In this document: positions 62,061 to 64,000 of the stretch, piece by piece | How positions within the stretch are numbered: position 1 is the stretch's first letter | How the letters are laid out: each line of letters starts with the position of its first letter | Origin: Escherichia phage REP2 | Reading direction: 5' to 3' (one strand) | Length of the DNA: 64,000 nt | Sequence record: OQ174501.1 | The notes under the pieces: generated by a model | Database searches by the model: none | Told to the model about the DNA's origin: nothing | Seen by the model: only the letters and a program-made list of their open reading frames with translations | Position numbers and translations under genes: made by a program

Positions 62061-62870
62061 TTAGAAACGAGATGCGACTTTCGCATATACACTTACAATA
62101 TCTTCTGCACCAGGTGCAGTTTTATCTTCTACAGCTTCAGTGACGAAATTCAGTCCGGCTGCTTCAGTATCAGGAGTATTTATACCCTCAGTAATAGTGC
62201 TTTCATCTTTATTAGACTTCTTCACCATTTCTACGATGGCACTCAATTTACTTGAGAATGCATCTGAATAATCCATACCTTCGACCAGAGCAGAGACTTT
62301 TTCTTTTTGAGACTCAGTCAGATCTTTAGTACTTTCGCTCAATGCCACTTCACGCTGCACATAATTGATATATGCGTCGCGCATATTGAGTTCTTCGAAC
62401 AGACGAGCTGATTCTTCTTTATGTTCTTGCAGCTCTTCTTCCATTTCAGCTACAACATCAACTGATTCTTCTGGAACAACAACGTTGTGTTCAACAAAGA
62501 GCTCTTTTAATCCACCAAGCATGGATTCAAACAGTTCGGCTTTGATGCCTTTATCAACTGCTAATTTATTTTCAGCGAGCCATTCTTTCGCAAGATGGTC
62601 AATGAATTTAGAAGCTTGCTCAGCGATTTTCTTCTCAGCTTTTTCTTCGGCTTCTTCTTTATTTTTTTCTACTTCTTCTTCTGCTTTTTCAGCAATTTTA
62701 GCGATATGAGATTCAGCTAATTTAACGGCGTGCTGCTTGACGGTAGCTTCGAATACAGTGCCGAAAGTTTCTTTTGCTTCCGGAGAAATATTAACTGATT
62801 CGAAAATACTATCAAGAGCAACGGAAGCATCAATTTTTTGCGCTTCAGCAATCAGTTGTTCTTTAAGCAT
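62061..62870 (-). CDS. 22: Prohead core scaffold protein gp22
   Basis: 269 aa, acidic, coiled-coil; as in T4. Confidence 0.95.
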   Translation of the reverse strand: MLKEQLIAEAQKIDASVALDSIFESVNISPEAKETFGTVFEATVKQHAVKLAESHIAKIAEKAEEEVEKNKEEAEEKAEKKIAEQASKFIDHLAKEWLAENKLAVDKGIKAELFESMLGGLKELFVEHNVVVPEESVDVVAEMEEELQEHKEESARLFEELNMRDAYINYVQREVALSESTKDLTESQKEKVSALVEGMDYSDAFSSKLSAIVEMVKKSNKDESTITEGINTPDTEAAGLNFVTEAVEDKTAPGAEDIVSVYAKVASRF

Positions 62871-62897
62871 TTTGTAGTCCTGTTGTTTAGATAATAA

Positions 62898-62905
62898 TAT
62901 TTATA
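62898..62905 (-). promoter_or_regulatory. Late promoter (TATAAATA) for gene 22
   Basis: TATAAATA on the - strand, 28 nt upstream of the gene 22 ATG, overlapping the 3' end of gene 21. Confidence 0.65.
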
Positions 62906-63539
62906 ACGCTTTTTTCATGGCCTCTGCGAGAGCCATATAGGCGTCATCGGCACTTGTATCGGCTTCCGCCGTCTGTGATTCGGTAATTTCCTTAGGAGTT
63001 ACCCATGCATCTGGAGCACTTGGACCCCATACTGCATCAACACCTACAGTTAATTTGAATCCTTCGTTTACGATACGATAACCTTTATTTGTGTCAGTCA
63101 ATGAACCTAATCCACGAGAAGAAACTCCTGGAATCCATCCGGCACGAATATTAGCTGCTAATTTATCTCCAGGACCATGGTCACCTTCAATAACACGAGC
63201 TCGTCCGTATACGTCATTTCCTTTCCACCACATATCTTCTATAATGATAGCGGCTTGCATCGGGTCAACATTAGCGCGTGGAGGATGATTTAATTCTCCG
63301 AGAGCTTGTTTAGTTAAAACTTGCTCATTAATATAGTCTTTTACCGCTTTTTCTAATATACGTTTTGGATAAAGACGTTTATTTCTATTGACGACTTCCG
63401 CTTGCATGAATATTCCTTCGATGTATAAACCCGGTTTTAAACCTAAGTCTTTTCCATCATGAGATTCAAGCATTGGCACGCCATCAATAATTTCGCCAGG
63501 TTGACCCCAAGTTTCAATTAGTAATTGGGGTTCATTCAT
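62901..63539 (-). CDS. 21: Prohead protease gp21
   Basis: 212 aa, as in T4. Confidence 0.95.
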   Translation of the reverse strand: MNEPQLLIETWGQPGEIIDGVPMLESHDGKDLGLKPGLYIEGIFMQAEVVNRNKRLYPKRILEKAVKDYINEQVLTKQALGELNHPPRANVDPMQAAIIIEDMWWKGNDVYGRARVIEGDHGPGDKLAANIRAGWIPGVSSRGLGSLTDTNKGYRIVNEGFKLTVGVDAVWGPSAPDAWVTPKEITESQTAEADTSADDAYMALAEAMKKAL

Positions 63540-63964
63540 TAGCTTAATCCTAATGCTTTACGGCGTTTAAGAGCTTTTTTACGCTTACGCTGAGCACGAG
63601 ATTGACCTGCTGGATTGGCAATCTTCGTTTTGGTAGCTTTACGAGCAATTTGTCTACGTTTTGCTTTAGACAGCCCAGTGGTTTGAAATGCATTACGTTC
63701 ACGCGTTTTGCGGTCTTTAGTGCGAGTAATTTCACCACGGGCGGAAACATGTTTAACGATGAATTCATTTAACGGCATATTTTCATTAATAGAAGCTAAT
63801 GCAACCGCTAAATCAGTTTCATCATCAAGCATATTCTCGACAATTGTATTTATATCGTCTTTATTTAAAGCAGAAGACAATTCGTCAAAGCGACCCTGTG
63901 CTTCAGGAATAAGTGCTTCGACATTCTCGAGAACTAATTCATGAGTTTCAGGGATCAGAAGCAT
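63539..63964 (-). CDS. 68: Prohead core protein gp68
   Basis: 141 aa, as in T4; basic C-terminus. Confidence 0.9.
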
Positions 63965-64000
63965 TATTCATCATCCTCGTCTTCGTCATCTTCATCAGAG
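63961..64000 (-). CDS. 67: Prohead core protein gp67, 3' end only (truncated by window edge)
   Basis: Reverse complement encodes ...[11 protein letters not shown] stop, overlapping the gene 68 ATG. Confidence 0.6.

Overview
This window is a T-even (T4-like, Tequatrovirus-type) myovirus genome segment, co-linear with T4 but in reverse orientation relative to the T4 map. Identification rests on reading the six-frame translations against T4 proteins as I remember them, plus synteny; no database search was run. Order: (ndd)-stp-ac-52-motA-arn.4..1-arn-asiA on the + strand; t, 38, 37, 36, 35, 34 on the - strand; then the + strand early block rnh, dsbA, 33, 59, 32, frd.x, frd, td, nrdA, nrdB, denA, rnlA, alc, spanins, pseT, cd.x, cd, 31, rIII, 30.x, 30, and two tandem alt genes; then the baseplate hub 54-48-29-28-27-51 (-) and 26-25 (+), uvsY, uvsW/uvsW.1 (-), inh, hoc, rnlB, and head genes 24-23-22-21-68-67 (-). 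No tRNA, rRNA or CRISPR array was found. The window differs from the T4 arrangement (from memory) in several places: (1) nrdA is split into two ORFs by a 904-bp insert carrying an HNH homing-endonuclease gene; (2) a 115-codon orphan ORF is inserted at the frd/td junction, flanked by an 8-bp direct repeat; (3) the tail-fibre tip is T2-type (glycine-rich gp38 adhesin, gp37 with a C-terminal self-cleaving chaperone domain); (4) there is a second full-length Alt-like ADP-ribosyltransferase; (5) Hoc carries an extra Ig-like domain; (6) the td and nrdB introns and segC/segD/segG are absent. Gene 30.3 position encodes a NADAR-like protein, and several early promoters share inverted repeats bracketing the -10 element or sequestering the Shine-Dalgarno. 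The strongest candidate for something new is the split nrdA, followed by the frd/td orphan cassette.
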